DNA of 64,000 nt from Octopus vulgaris (taxonomy: Eukaryota), in NCBI GenBank assembly GCA_951406725.2, contig OX597839.1:6510001-6574000 (forward strand). The letters are read 5' to 3'. Shown one piece after another: positions 26,670-39,475 of this stretch (within the stretch, counting starts at the first letter, position 1; every line of letters begins with the position of its first letter). Both the position numbers and the translations under genes were made by a program. The notes beneath the pieces were generated by a model. The model was not told the DNA's origin. It searched no databases and saw nothing but the letters and a program-made list of their open reading frames with translations.

Positions 26670-26875
26670 TATGTGTGTCTGTGTTTGTTCCTCCAACATC
26701 GCTTGACAACCGATGCTGGTGTCTTTACGTTCCCGAAACTTAACGGTTCGGTAAGAGACCGATAGAATAAGTACTAGGCTTACAAAGAATAAACCCTGGA
26801 GTCGATATGTTCGACCAAAGGCGGTGCTCCAGGATGACCACAGTCAGATGACTGAAACAAGTAAAAGAGTAAAGA

Positions 26876-26877
<2 letters not shown>
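26670..26877 (+). mobile_element. SINE family B, 3' half
   Basis: Matches the family B 3' half, following an expanded microsatellite. Confidence 0.85.
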
Positions 26878-26946
<69 letters not shown>

Positions 26947-26974
26947 AATATACGTACCTCAGTGGTCATGTGTA

Positions 26975-27030
26975 TTCTAAAAACTGAACTATTCTCAACG
27001 TGCCATCACTTCAGCAAATAACTGCTTAAG
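26975..27030 (+). pseudogene. Extreme C-terminus of a Penelope-like ORF
   Basis: KTELFSTCHHFSK*LLK resembles the PLE terminal motif (K/R)xE(L/I)xSxCRHxxKxLL; the match is short. Confidence 0.45.
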
Positions 27031-27600
27031 CTCTGGAGGCTTATGCCACCACCATAAAAAAGACCCAGAACTATCACGCATAACACCTTACCATCTCAAC
27101 ATATTCCCGTCTTCATTTTTTATTATTCTTCATTTTAATCAATATTTCCAAAGTAATTATAGCAGCTTCTGGTTTTTTAATTATAGATTAATTCAAACGG
27201 TTCAGCAAGTTTCTAGCACTTTATGCAAACTAATTTCACACTTTGAATATTTCTAATACTTACAACCTTACACTTCTATCGGCCCAAATAAACATAAATT
27301 GAACTATCAAACAACCACGCTTTGTAAATGTAATCGCGTTTATTTTCCAGGTCGCATCACTTTTTCCAGACCTTTACAACTTACGTATATGCTCTTTTAC
27401 TCTTTTACTATTTTAATTGTTTCAGTCATTTGATTGCGGCCATACTGTGGCACCGCCTCCAGTCGAAAATATCGGGGACGTAAATATACTAGCATCGGTT
27501 ATCAAGTGATGGTGGAGGAGAGATAAACACAGACACAAACTGAAAGAAGCCCATCGTACACACACAATCGTGTACACACACATACACACACACTTCAGTG

Positions 27601-27630
<30 letters not shown>

Positions 27631-27631
<1 letters not shown>

Positions 27632-27833
27632 AGGGAGAGTTTACGAAAAAAACAAAGGACGAAGACAGGTGGTGTACAAAACAAACAGATGTATGAGTAT
27701 AACGCTCAGGAATAGAAAAAGTCTTTTACTTTTCGAGCCTACGCTCTTCTACAGAAAGGGACACAGAAAAAACAAGGAGAGAAACAAGGAGAAAAAAAGG
27801 GAGAGAAAAAAGGAGAGAAAAAAGAAAGAAAAA
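27631..27833 (-). mobile_element. HHR-like repeat family H; copies at 52145-52298 (+) and 53760-53961 (+)
   Basis: Shared CCCTTTCTGTAGAAGAGC(G/A)TAGGCTCGAAA..TAAAAGAC...TTCCTGAGC; ends in (TA)n. Confidence 0.75.
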
Positions 27834-27986
27834 AGGTGCCGGCGTGGTTGTGTGGTAAGAAGCTTGCTTCCCAATCACACGCTTCCGGGTTCAATGTCAC
27901 ATTGCGCAAATGTTTTCTACTATAGCCTTGGGCTGACCAAAGCCTTGACGAAATGTGAAAAAAGGTTACCAAAAATATGTATACCA

Positions 27987-28028
<42 letters not shown>

Positions 28029-28270
28029 GTGCATGTGTGTGTGTGATTGTGTGCGCGCGCGCGTGTGTGTATTTGATTCCCATCTCCACTTGACAACCGG
28101 CGTTGGTGTGTTTATGATCCCATAATTTAGAGGTTCGGCAAGAGAGGTCGATAGAATAAGTTCTAGGCTTACAAAGAATAAGCCCTGGGGTCGATTTGTC
28201 CGACAACAATTCTTCAAGACGGTACCCCAGCTTGGCCACAGTCCAATGACTGAAACAAGTAAAAAATAAA
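27834..28270 (+). mobile_element. SINE family B, diverged
   Basis: Head GGCGTGGTTGTGTGGTAAG and tail GTCCAATGACTGAAACAAGT. Confidence 0.75.
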
Positions 28271-28284
28271 AGATTGCGACGATG

Positions 28285-28572
28285 ACAGCTCCGACTGATC
28301 CTATCACCTAAGAATCTGTTCGTGAAGTTAACGTGAAAGTGGCTGAATACTCCGCAGAAATGTATTCACTAAACGTAGTTCTCAGGGAGATTCAGCGTGC
28401 TTCAGAATGTCACAATGCCGGCGCTGTGAATTACAGGTACAATTAATTTTTACCTGACGAGTGGACAAGAGCAGCGTAAAATAAAGTGTCTTGCTCAAGG
28501 ACACAAGGCGCCGCTGGGAATCGAAATCATGACCTTACGAATATAAGCCAATTACCGTAACCACTAAACCAC
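28285..28572 (-). mobile_element. Diverged SINE related to family D
   Basis: GTGGCTGAATACTCC...CGTAGTTCTCAGGGAGATTCAGC matches 46990-47070; GGGAATCGAAA is a B-box complement. Confidence 0.65.
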
Positions 28573-29129
28573 GTTTCTCGACACACACGCACACGCACAT
28601 GTATGTATGTGTATAACATTGTCCAACGTATTGAGTGCTCTTTGTTTTTGTGAAGCCCCCTCTTGTGTATGTACCGAACATACGTGTATGACTATGCGTT
28701 TAAGTATGTACGCGTATGAGTCTGTCTACTTGTGCGTGTGTATCATCGAAGGAAGAAAGTGTCATCGAAAATAATATGTTGTTTTACTAAACGGAAATGA
28801 AATTGCAAGGAAAAAATGTCACATTTTTATTTAAATACCACAAATAGTTGTTGAAACAATTAAACAAATAATAATTTAAGTCTGAGTATTAACTGACAAT
28901 ACGTGACTTGTTCACAATGACAAAACAATTTATTTAATGGCCATTATTACACAAAAAAAATCTTATTTATTCATTTTTCTTAAATAATAAAACACGCACA
29001 GGACATTAAATTAGTAATTTGTTAAAGTACCTAAGATGTAGATGTTGAAGCTATTTTATATAATTCGTTGGCATCAGATATATGTTTAGTGTGTTCAGTG
29101 TTGATAATTAAGACCAATATTTCAAACGT

Positions 29130-29680
29130 GGAAGAATTTATAGCACGCTGGACAAAATGCTTCGCGGTATTTCGTTCGTCCTTCGTCTGCCGTTACGTTG
29201 TGAGTTCAAATTCCGCCGAGGTCGACTTTGCCTTTCATACTTGCGGGGTCGATAAATTAAGTACCAGTTACGCACTGGAGTCGATGTAATCGACTTAATA
29301 CCTATGTCTGTCTTTGTTTGTCCCCTCTATGTTTAGCCCCTTGTGGGTAATAAAGAAATAGGTATTTCGTTCGTCCTTCGGCTGCCGTTACGTTGTGAGT
29401 TCAAATTCCGCCGAGGTCGACTTTGCCTTTCATCCTTGCGGGGTCGATAAATTAAGTACCAGTTACGCACTGGGGTCGATGTAATCGGCTTAATACCTAT
29501 GTCTATCCTTGTTTGTCCCCGCTATGTTTAGCCCCTTGTGGGTAGTAAAGAAGTAGGTATTTCTTTCGTCCTTACGTTCTGGTCTCAAATCCCGCCGACA
29601 TCAACTTTGTCTTTCATCCTTTCGGGGGTTGATAAAATAAGTACCAGTCATGCACTGGAGTTGCTGGCCTTGTGCCAAAA
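29130..29680 (+). mobile_element. SINE family C with 195-bp internal tandem units
   Basis: GGTATTTC recurs at 29166, 29361 and 29556; each unit carries a GAGTTCAAATTCC-type B box (the third is degenerate). Confidence 0.88.
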
Positions 29681-29789
29681 TTCTAAATGCTTATCTAAAT
29701 AGGTAAGGCAGTGAGATAGCGGAATCGTTAGCACGCTGGAGGATATGGAAACCTTATATATAATATATATATATATAATGGAAACCAGC

Positions 29790-29995
29790 AGTCGCCCATG
29801 CGTACCATCCTCCTCTCTCTATACCACTGATGTTATGCAAGGGAATGGCAAAGGATGATACGTCGCAACTCATTTCTACAGGAACAACATGAAATAAAGT
29901 TTCTTGCCCAAGAGTACAACACACAGCCCGATCAAGGAATTGAACTCACTACCACATGCTTGTGAGCTCGACGCTCTAAGCACTGAGCCAGACGG
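29790..29995 (-). mobile_element. Old tRNA-derived SINE
   Basis: Minus strand reads TGGCTCAGTGCTTAGAGCG (A box), GAGTTCAATTCC (B box), CTTGGGCAAGAAACTTTATTTC. Confidence 0.6.
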
Positions 29996-30387
29996 TTTTG
30001 CGCTTACCTCGCAAATATATAGCTCATGAATAAGTTCTCGCCTGACGATCTTGCTGGCATGAAACTCAAGGCAAGATAAAAGAATAAACTTTGGATAAAC
30101 CATTTTTTATACGATACATACATGGAGTTGTTGATTTCACGTTTGATAAAACTCAACTTTTGCCCATAGTATTATGAGTACACAAGCTTCACACGCACAT
30201 CCGTGTATGTATGTGTGCGTGTGCGTATCTGTATTTGTATATCAATTAATAACAAGTCGGTATGTTTTTAGATGTTTAAGTTAGATTGTTAGATACGTCT
30301 AATATTTGTGAAAATGTTTGAATAGGCATAAACATACATACGCATTCATATGTATATAAATATACATTTATGTGTGTGTGTATATAT

Positions 30388-30497
<110 letters not shown>

Positions 30498-31140
30498 CTT
30501 CTCACAAATACACACACCTATACATACCAGAAAATCACGACCGTACACACACACACACACACTCAAACATACACACACATACACACAGACACGTACACAC
30601 ATATATACATACAAACATGCTTACAAAATCCGTTTAAGGACATACAGGAAACCCACCCCGCTTCAACCCGTTTGCCTGTCAGAGAACCAGTGAAGCGACC
30701 CTACTTTTTTTTTCCTTTCATAAATACACAAAACATATCTTATCAGCGTATCTTTCGTCTCCCACCCGTCCACCATGAAGATCTACCCGCAAATTGATTA
30801 AAGTGAAGACTGTTCACTTTTCTGTCAGTGTGTATGGTTGTCCGTGTGTCTATTGCAGCAAAAGGCGGTGATTGACTGGGGTAGCGATAACGGCGGTGGG
30901 GGTCTTTTCCAGGTGGCAGCGGTTGTAGCATACGGGTGCTATAACAACTGCTACTGTTGGGGGTAGAGCGAATATTATAATTATTGTTTCGCTCCAAAGC
31001 GTTTCTTTTTCTTTCGTTCTTCTTTTACTCGTTTCGGTCTTTGGACTATGGCCATGCTGGGGCACCGCCTTAAAAGGTGTTTGTTGAACAAATCGACACC
31101 AGTACCTATTTTTCTTTTCAAGTCTGCTCCTTACTCAACT

Positions 31141-31351
31141 CTCTTTACTCTTTTACTTGTTTCAGTCATTTGACTGCGGCCATGCTGGAGCACCACCTTT
31201 TAGTCGAGCAAATCGACCCCAGGACTTATTCGTTGTAAGCCTAGTACTTATTTTATCGGTCTCTTTTTTGCCGAACCTCTAAGTGACGGGGACATAAACA
31301 CACCAACATCGGTTGTCGAGCGATGTTGGAATGACAAACACAGACACACAA

Positions 31352-31410
<59 letters not shown>

Positions 31411-31576
31411 CACGACAGGCTTCTTTCAGTTTCCGTCTACCAAATCCACTCACAAGGTTTTGGTCGGCCCGAGGCTATAGTAGAAGACACTTGCCCAAAG
31501 TGCCACGCAGTGGGACTGAACCCAGAACCCTGTGGTTGGTAAGCAAGCTACTTACCGCAAAGCCACTCCTGCGCCT
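31141..31576 (-). mobile_element. SINE family B, full-length (a partial copy lies at 31020-31130)
   Basis: Reverse-complement match from head to tail. Confidence 0.9.
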
Positions 31577-31791
31577 TTTGGTTCCTTTTGACGAACTGCG
31601 AAGTTATGGGGGTCGTAAACAGAGCAATACTGGTTTATCAAGGTTTATATGGTGGTGGTAGTGGAGGTGGGGAAGATACATACACATACATACATACGTC
31701 CATACATACATGCATGCATAAATACACACACACATACATACATACATACACACATACATACACACATACATACATACATACATACAAGCCA

Positions 31792-32095
31792 ATGAAGACC
31801 TCGATAAAATGTAAGCACAACTGACCTGATATAATGATTTGGGATAGAGAAGAGAAACTGTGCACTGTTGTGGAAATTAGCTGCCCAGCAGATGTTAACA
31901 TAAATTTGAAGATCAGTGAAAAAGAGAACACCTATGTTGAACAACTGAGAAATCTGCTGTTACTCTATCCAAGTTCATTATTGGGGCCCTGGGATATGTA
32001 ACACAATGCCTAAATAGCAATCTTGAGAGATTAGGTTTCTCAAAACCAGAAAAGGAAAATGCTAATTCGAAGACTCCTGACCCAATCCATAACAA
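31792..32095 (+). pseudogene. Restriction-like endonuclease fragment of an R4/Dong-like non-LTR retrotransposon
   Basis: KCKHN*PDIMIWDREEKLCTVVEISCPADVNINLKISEKENTY...IIGALG matches the HNRPD..E..CP.D.N...K..EK...Y RLE signature. Confidence 0.8.
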
Positions 32096-32153
32096 TTGCA
32101 TATTCAGCTAAAGATGGGTGCACACAGTTACACACACATGCACATACACACAC

Positions 32154-32184
<31 letters not shown>

Positions 32185-32296
32185 AGCACACACACAGATA
32201 CATATATGTACATAGTTGCATATATATACATAAATGTTAGTATATGTATATACACACATACATACATATATAAATAAATAAATATATATATATTCA

Positions 32297-32490
32297 ACTG
32301 TGGCCATACTGGAGCACCGCCTCTAGAGGAGCAAATCGACTCAAGGACTTATTCTTTGTAAGCCTAGTACTTATTCTATCAGTCTCTTTGGCTGAACCGC
32401 TAAGCTACTGGGACTTAAACACACCAACATCAGTTGTCACGCAATGCTGGTGGGGACAAACACAGACAAAAATACACACACACACTCACT

Positions 32491-32523
<33 letters not shown>

Positions 32524-32685
32524 CCATCAACAGGCTTCTTTCAGTTCCCGCCTACCAAATCCACTCACAAGGCTTTGGTCGTCCGGAGCCTACAGTAGTA
32601 GACACTTCCCCAAGGTGCCACACAGTGGAACTGAACCCGGAATCGTGATATTGGGAAGCAAGCTTCTTACCCCACAGCCACTCCT
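32297..32685 (-). mobile_element. SINE family B
   Basis: Reverse-complement match. Confidence 0.85.
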
Positions 32686-32695
32686 TATATATATA

Positions 32696-33749
32696 CTCTT
32701 TTACTTGTTTCAGTCATTTGACTGCGGCCATGCTGGAGCACCGCCTTTAATCGAACAACTCGACCCCGGGACTTATTCTTTGTAAGCCCAGTACTTATTC
32801 TATCGTTCTTCTTTTGCCGAACCGCTAAGTAATGGGGACATAAACACACCAGCATTGGTTGTCAAGCAATGCTAGGGGGACAAACACAGACACAAAAACA
32901 CACACACGCATATATGTAGGTACGTACATATATGTATGTATGCATATATTTTATTTATTAAATCATTGTATGACTGAGCGCCCTCGCGTCGTTTCGTTTC
33001 GTTTCTTTTCTTTTCTCCAAGTAAGTTTTTATATATAATTATGACGCGAACTCTGTAACCCTTTGCTTGACCTTTCCAGTCTGTCTTCCTCTTTGTCTGT
33101 CTCTCTCCTTCTTATTTTTCACCCTTTCTGGTTTCCTTTCCTCTCTATCTCTCTCTCTCTCTCACTCCTCATCTCTCTCACTGCAGAGTGGACGACCAAC
33201 TTCCTTTCACTCGCAGCTTTCTACAAGTCAACACGACTTTTTCTAGCGCTCTGAATTTTTCCATCGTCTAGGCTTAAAAAAGGCCCTCAATGTTGGTTTC
33301 ATTGTCCTGTTTTTATTCTTTATGTGTATTGTATGTTTTTGTATTTGTATTTTTATTTTGTATTTGTATTTTTATTTGTATTGCTTTTACGTCTTGTTCT
33401 TGTCACATATTTTTCTTTCCTTAATTTTAGCCCTCTGCAAAGGAATTTTATTTAATTCTTTTGCAGGAAGGACTAGTTCGACGGGTCGTGTTCTGTCCTT
33501 ACCTTCGAAACACGCATTCAGTCGAACCAGAGACAGCTGATGAAGGGGAATATTCCTTGTATTGTTTGCCTTGTACTCTGTTTTTTCGATGTTAAAAAAA
33601 CTCCGTTTCCATGTTTGTTTTTATGTTTTCGTTTCTCGTTGAGTTCTACGTCTATTTGTGGTGTCCTGTAATCATATATATATGTATATATACATGTAGA
33701 TGTAGGTACGTACATATATCTATGTATGTATGCATATATTTTATTTATT

Positions 33750-33788
<39 letters not shown>

Positions 33789-33945
33789 GACGGGCTTCTT
33801 TCAGTTTCCGTCTACCAAATACATTCACAAGGCTTTGGTCGGGCCTAGGCTATAATAGAAGACACTTGCCCAAGGTGCCACGCAGTGGGATTGAACCCGG
33901 AACCATGTGGTTGGTAAACAAGCTACTTACCACACAGCCACTCCT
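32696..33945 (-). mobile_element. SINE family B split by a family F insertion in its central (TA)n
   Basis: 3' half at 32696-32910 and 5' half at 33787-33945, with family F between them. Confidence 0.75.
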
Positions 33946-34345
33946 TATATATATATATATATATATACGTTTATATATATATACGTTTATATATATATTT
34001 ATATACTATCTTTCTTGTCATTTGCATAGAAGAGAGCACACCAGAAATGCTACAAGTGGCCATCTTTTAGAACGTTGTCTTGATCGTCCTATCGCATTAT
34101 CTTTTCTGTTTTCTTTCTTTACACCTTCCCCACTTTCTTCAACCTTTCCCTCCACCCCCACCCCCCAAATACATACACTTTGACTTCCATCCTCATCCCC
34201 ACTTTCTTTGTTTCTTTACTTCTCTTTTCTTCGTTTTCCTCCCCCCCCCCCCGCCTCCTCGTCCTTTTATTTTATCGTCCATTTTATCTGTAAGTCAATT
34301 TGACGTTTCGAAAGAAAAACTGTTGGAGTGTGTGAAGTTAGGTGG

Positions 34346-34381
<36 letters not shown>

Positions 34382-34875
34382 CGGTGGCGGTGGCGGTAGC
34401 GGATGAAGAAGGAAGGGGAAAGAGAGAGAGAGAGAGAGAAACGGAAAGCGGCGAGGGAGGGCCCCCGTCAAGTGGTTGCATTGTTCAATGGTGGCGGCTG
34501 TGACGGTGGAGGTAAGTGGCGTTTGTGACAAAGGCACGAGAAAGCGTGGTGAGACAGATGGCTGGCATATAGTAATGGATAATGTATTATAAACGTCTTT
34601 CATCTCCCCCCTCTCCCTTCCTCCCTCTACCTCTCTCCAAACTCTTCCCTCTGCCACCCACTCCCTACTCCATCTCATTCTCTCTTTCTCGTTAAGTCTC
34701 CCTCTTTAACTCTCTCTCTCTCTCTTTCCTTTTTTCTTCTCTGTCTATCCATCTCTCCTCGTACAGCAATGGAGTGAATGATCAGCTGCGTTCAGCCGTT
34801 AGACTGTGGCCATGCTGGAGCGCCGCTTTGAAAGATTTCTTGTCGAATGAATCGAATCTAGTACTAGTTGTTTTT

Positions 34876-35295
34876 CGGATCTTTTCGGTTTGAACGGCAG
34901 TTTTTAACATAATTTCTAGGTAAACTTCGTATACTGGTAAAATGTATTTATAAAACATCTTTTTCTTTTGGCTTTATTGAGAAAATTCTATAGTTTGTAA
35001 GATATTTGTTGTTTTTCTTCTTCAATTTCTGCAATTTCAACCAATCAATGACGTCTATTGAGGTGAAATCATTCTGTGCCGTATGAATATGTACCTCGTT
35101 TAAGAAACAGATTGGGTTTATTTACATTTGTGAAGACAAAAATATACCCTTCCCCCCACCCCTAATCCTAACCCTAACTAACCCTAACCCTAAAACAGAT
35201 TGAAATGCAATAGATCGATTCTAGGGTCATAATCATGGGTGACAATTTCATATGACACCGCTAGAAAAAACTGGCGTTCAAACCGAAAAGATCCG
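34876..35295 (+). mobile_element. MITE family A, complete, inserted in a T-run of an old SINE B
   Basis: CGGATCTTTTCGGTTTGAACG ... CGTTCAAACCGAAAAGATCCG, flanked by TTTTT on both sides. SINE sequence resumes with AAGCCTGGTACTTATT. Confidence 0.9.
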
Positions 35296-35359
35296 TTTTT
35301 TTGAAGCCTGGTACTTATTTTATAAAATTTTACATGTGTGTTTAAATATAAAAATTTAA

Positions 35360-35970
35360 ACCATATGGTCTCGGGTCCAGTCCCACTGCGTGGCATCTTG
35401 GGCAAGTGTCTTCTACTATAGCCTTGGGCCGACCAAAGCCTTGTGAGTGGATTTGGTAGACGGAAACTGAAAGAAGCTCGTCGTATATATGTATATATAT
35501 ATGCATGAGTGTATATGTTTGTGTGTCTGTGTTTGTCCCCACCAACATCACTTGATAACTGATGCTGGCGTGTTTACGTCCCCGTCACTTAGCGGGTCGG
35601 CAAAAGACACCGATATAATAAGTACTAGGCTTACAAAGAATAAGTCCTGGGGTCGATTTGCTCGACTAAAGGCGGTGCTCCAGCATGGCCACAGTCAAAC
35701 GACTGAAACAGTTAAAAGAATGAGATAAAAATCCAAGGCTGCGAAAGATTTTAGGACATCTATAACTCTTTAACTCTTTTTAACTCTTTTACTTGTTTCA
35801 GTCATTTGACTGCGGCCATGCTGGAGCACCGCCTTTAGTCGAGCAAATCGACCCCAGGACTTATTCTTTGTAAGCCCAGTACTTATTCTATCGGTCTCGT
35901 TTGCCGAACTGCTAAGTGACGGGGACGTAAACACATCAGCATCGGTTGTCAAGCAATGCTAGGGGGACAA

Positions 35971-36028
<58 letters not shown>

Positions 36029-36191
36029 GACAGGCTTCTTTCAGTTTCCGTCTACCAAATCCACTCACAAGGCATTGGTCGGCCCGGGGCTATAGTAGAA
36101 GACACTTGCCCAAGATGCCACGCAGTGGGATTGAACCCAGAACCATGTGGTTGGTTAGCAAGCTACTTACCACACAGCCACTCCTACGCCT
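35360..36191. mobile_element. Two SINE B copies tail-to-tail (35360-35725 +, 35774-36191 -)
   Basis: Direct matches to family B in opposite orientations, about 45 bp apart. Confidence 0.9.
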
Positions 36192-36291
36192 AAATAGAAT
36201 GTCTTACAGCTGTTTCCGGGATATTTTATATTATATATCCCTCCATCGGAAAGGGTGTGAGAACATGGTTAAGCAATAGTTATTCTAAATA

Positions 36292-36487
36292 AGATATGAA
36301 ATAGAGAGTGAAGTGGAGGAATGAAAATAGATGTGAGATATTGCATCTGCAGATCTATTATTTAGGCAGAATTGTATACATATAAGATTCAAATACCATG
36401 TATACCACTCTACCAAAATAATGGATCTACAGATGCAATATCCCTACATATCTCACATTTCTCCACTTCACTCTCTAGTTCATATCT
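36292..36487. repeat. Imperfect palindrome (fold-back) of about 200 bp
   Basis: AGATATGAAATAGAGAGTGAAGTGGAG pairs with CTCCACTTCACTCTCTAGTTCATATCT; GATATTGCATCTG pairs with CAGATGCAATATC. Confidence 0.85.
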
Positions 36488-37288
36488 AGACAGAGAAGAA
36501 AAAAGGAAAGAGAGACATAGTTAAATAGGGAGAGTTAAAGAAAGAGAGAATGAGATGGAGTAGGGACTGGGTGGTAGGGGGCGGAAGGGAGAGGGGGAGA
36601 TGAAAGACGTTTATAATACATTATCCATTCGGCAAAAGGGACCGATAGAATAAGTACTAGGCTTACAAAGAATAAGTCCTGGGAGCAATTTGCTCGACTA
36701 AAGGCGGTGCTCCAGCATGGCCACAGTCAAATGACTGAAACAAGTCAAAACAATATAGAGAATAGAGAAAGGGAGTAAGAGAGAGAGAGAGAGGGAAGAA
36801 ATACATTCACCTACAATACAATACCAAGTGAAACCAACCAAGCCGAGAACACACGACTATTAACACTAACGATATCGTGTTTTGCCACAAGGGCAAACGG
36901 AACACAATACAATTGAAAACAATACAAAAACCGAAACAAAAAGTTTAAAAAATAAACAACAAAAACGAAACAAAAATATATATTAATTTGTTTTCCATGG
37001 AGATATTTTTTTTTACTTCGGTCGTGAAAAGGGATGGGGGGTGGGAAACGATGTAGACAATGATAAAAATGGATTAATTATACCTGTCCAATGTCCGCTG
37101 TCAGTTTTATTTTAGATAAAGCGTAGAAGAGATCGTGTGGCGGTTAGGGTAGTGTAGACATGCCATCGTTATCTGACTATTTAAACACACATGTAAAACA
37201 TACATCGACCCGCTTGTGCCTGTCTGTCTGACTTTCAATCGTTCTCACACATACACACATTCACACACACAGTCACACACTGTCGCCC

Positions 37289-37361
<73 letters not shown>

Positions 37362-37523
37362 ATGTGCGTGTGTATGTATGCGTGTGTGCGTGTGTATATA
37401 TACATGTATATATATATGTATGTATATATGTATGTATATATATATATGTATGTATACATATACATATATATATATGTACATTTATATATATTTATATATA
37501 CATATAAATAAATAAATAAATAA

Positions 37524-37597
<74 letters not shown>

Positions 37598-38085
37598 GCG
37601 CGATATAGACATGTACATATACTTTTACGAACGTGCGTATAAAGAAGATTCTCGGAGGCCTGATATAACTGTACAAACCTACACATAAAAAGCATTCCAT
37701 CCGTGATCATCCACCCAATCCCCCACGTGATTCTGAGCAGCAGCGATTAATCTTTGTTCAATAAATCGCTGACTTTTTGAAATAGCGTGACATACATACA
37801 TACATACATACATACATACATACATACATACATACATACATACATACATACATACATACATACATACATACATACATACATACATACATACATACATACA
37901 TACATACATACATACATACATACATGTATGTATGCATGTATGTATGTATGTATGTAGTTGTGCTGAGGCTGACCAAAGAATTTTATTTTTAGATATATCT
38001 GGGGTACTTATATGTACTCATGATTTTTGGTTCGGGTTTTTTTCCATGGGTGCATGTAAGTGTCTTATTTATATCCTTTCGTATG

Positions 38086-38145
38086 TTCTACTGAAGAGGA
38101 AATAATCTATTATGAGATTAATTCCGAAATTGATTCAATATAGAA
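38086..38145 (+). ncRNA. Canonical type I hammerhead ribozyme
   Basis: TTCTA-CTGAAGA-GGAAaTAATCT(attatg)AGATTAaTTCC-GAAA-TTG(att)CAA-TA-TAGAA. All core nucleotides and three stems are present; predicted AUA cleavage is after 38140. Confidence 0.75.
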
Positions 38146-38342
38146 ATAACGAACTTTAAAAAAAAATTCCATCGGCCGGCTTTCCCCGATTTCAGTTCTT
38201 TGCGTTTTTTCCTGTAGCGAATAAATAATATGTGGAAATTGACGATTTAAAAGTCTGTTATCAGCATATTGTCATTGAAGTAATTTTCTTTATCCCTTAT
38301 TTATAAGTTATATACATATATATATATATATATATAAAATTG

Positions 38343-38382
<40 letters not shown>

Positions 38383-38383
38383 C

Positions 38384-38448
<65 letters not shown>

Positions 38449-38876
38449 ATCCATCTGCTGTCTGTCTGAGTGAACCACAAACTTAAAGAAACACCCCCCG
38501 TCTGTACTTGTAGTCACCTGACCGAATTAAAATATTCCAATTCTACTTCCGGTTTTAAGTATTTTTTATTCCATTGTGGTTGTATTACATGCAAATAAGC
38601 ATTCATGCACACAGAAACACACACACATACATACATACATACATACACACACAAGACAAAAAACACATATATACACGCATATACAGAGTCATATTTAACG
38701 TATGGTTACTCAAGTGTATCCAACGAAATAGCATTTGTATGTGTCTTTGGTTTTGTATATTTTTGCATATTTCATGGTCGAATGGATCGGAAATCTTTTC
38801 AAAGTAGAAATAAATATACTTAAGGAATTCATTAAATGTTTTTTTTTGTACCCGTGAAATGATATAAGTTTTGCGC

Positions 38877-38928
<52 letters not shown>

Positions 38929-39025
38929 GTAAGTTAAATTCGTATTTAACCTACAAGTTAAATGGCTTCACAATACATTGAATATACATAATGAGTATGT
39001 ATATGTATGTGTGTTTCTATGTATG

Positions 39026-39056
<31 letters not shown>

Positions 39057-39081
39057 GCTTGTGTAAACATATATGTGTATT

Positions 39082-39141
<60 letters not shown>

Positions 39142-39440
39142 CATGTATGTATGTATTTATGTATGTATATATATATTTATAATATAAATAATATATATAT
39201 ATATATATATATATATGCATATATACATACATATATGTACATACCTACATATATGGGTACAAGACATCAAAAAAAATATTGAACACAATGAGAAACGAAA
39301 ACATAGAAACAAAAACATAGAAAACGAACTTTTTTTCGAACAACGAAAAAACCAAAGAGATAAACGAGACATACAACATTAAGGATATTCTCCTTCTTCA
39401 GTTGTCCCTGTTTCATCTACTCCGCATTACGAAGGCAAGG

Positions 39441-39474
<34 letters not shown>

Positions 39475-39475
<1 letters not shown>

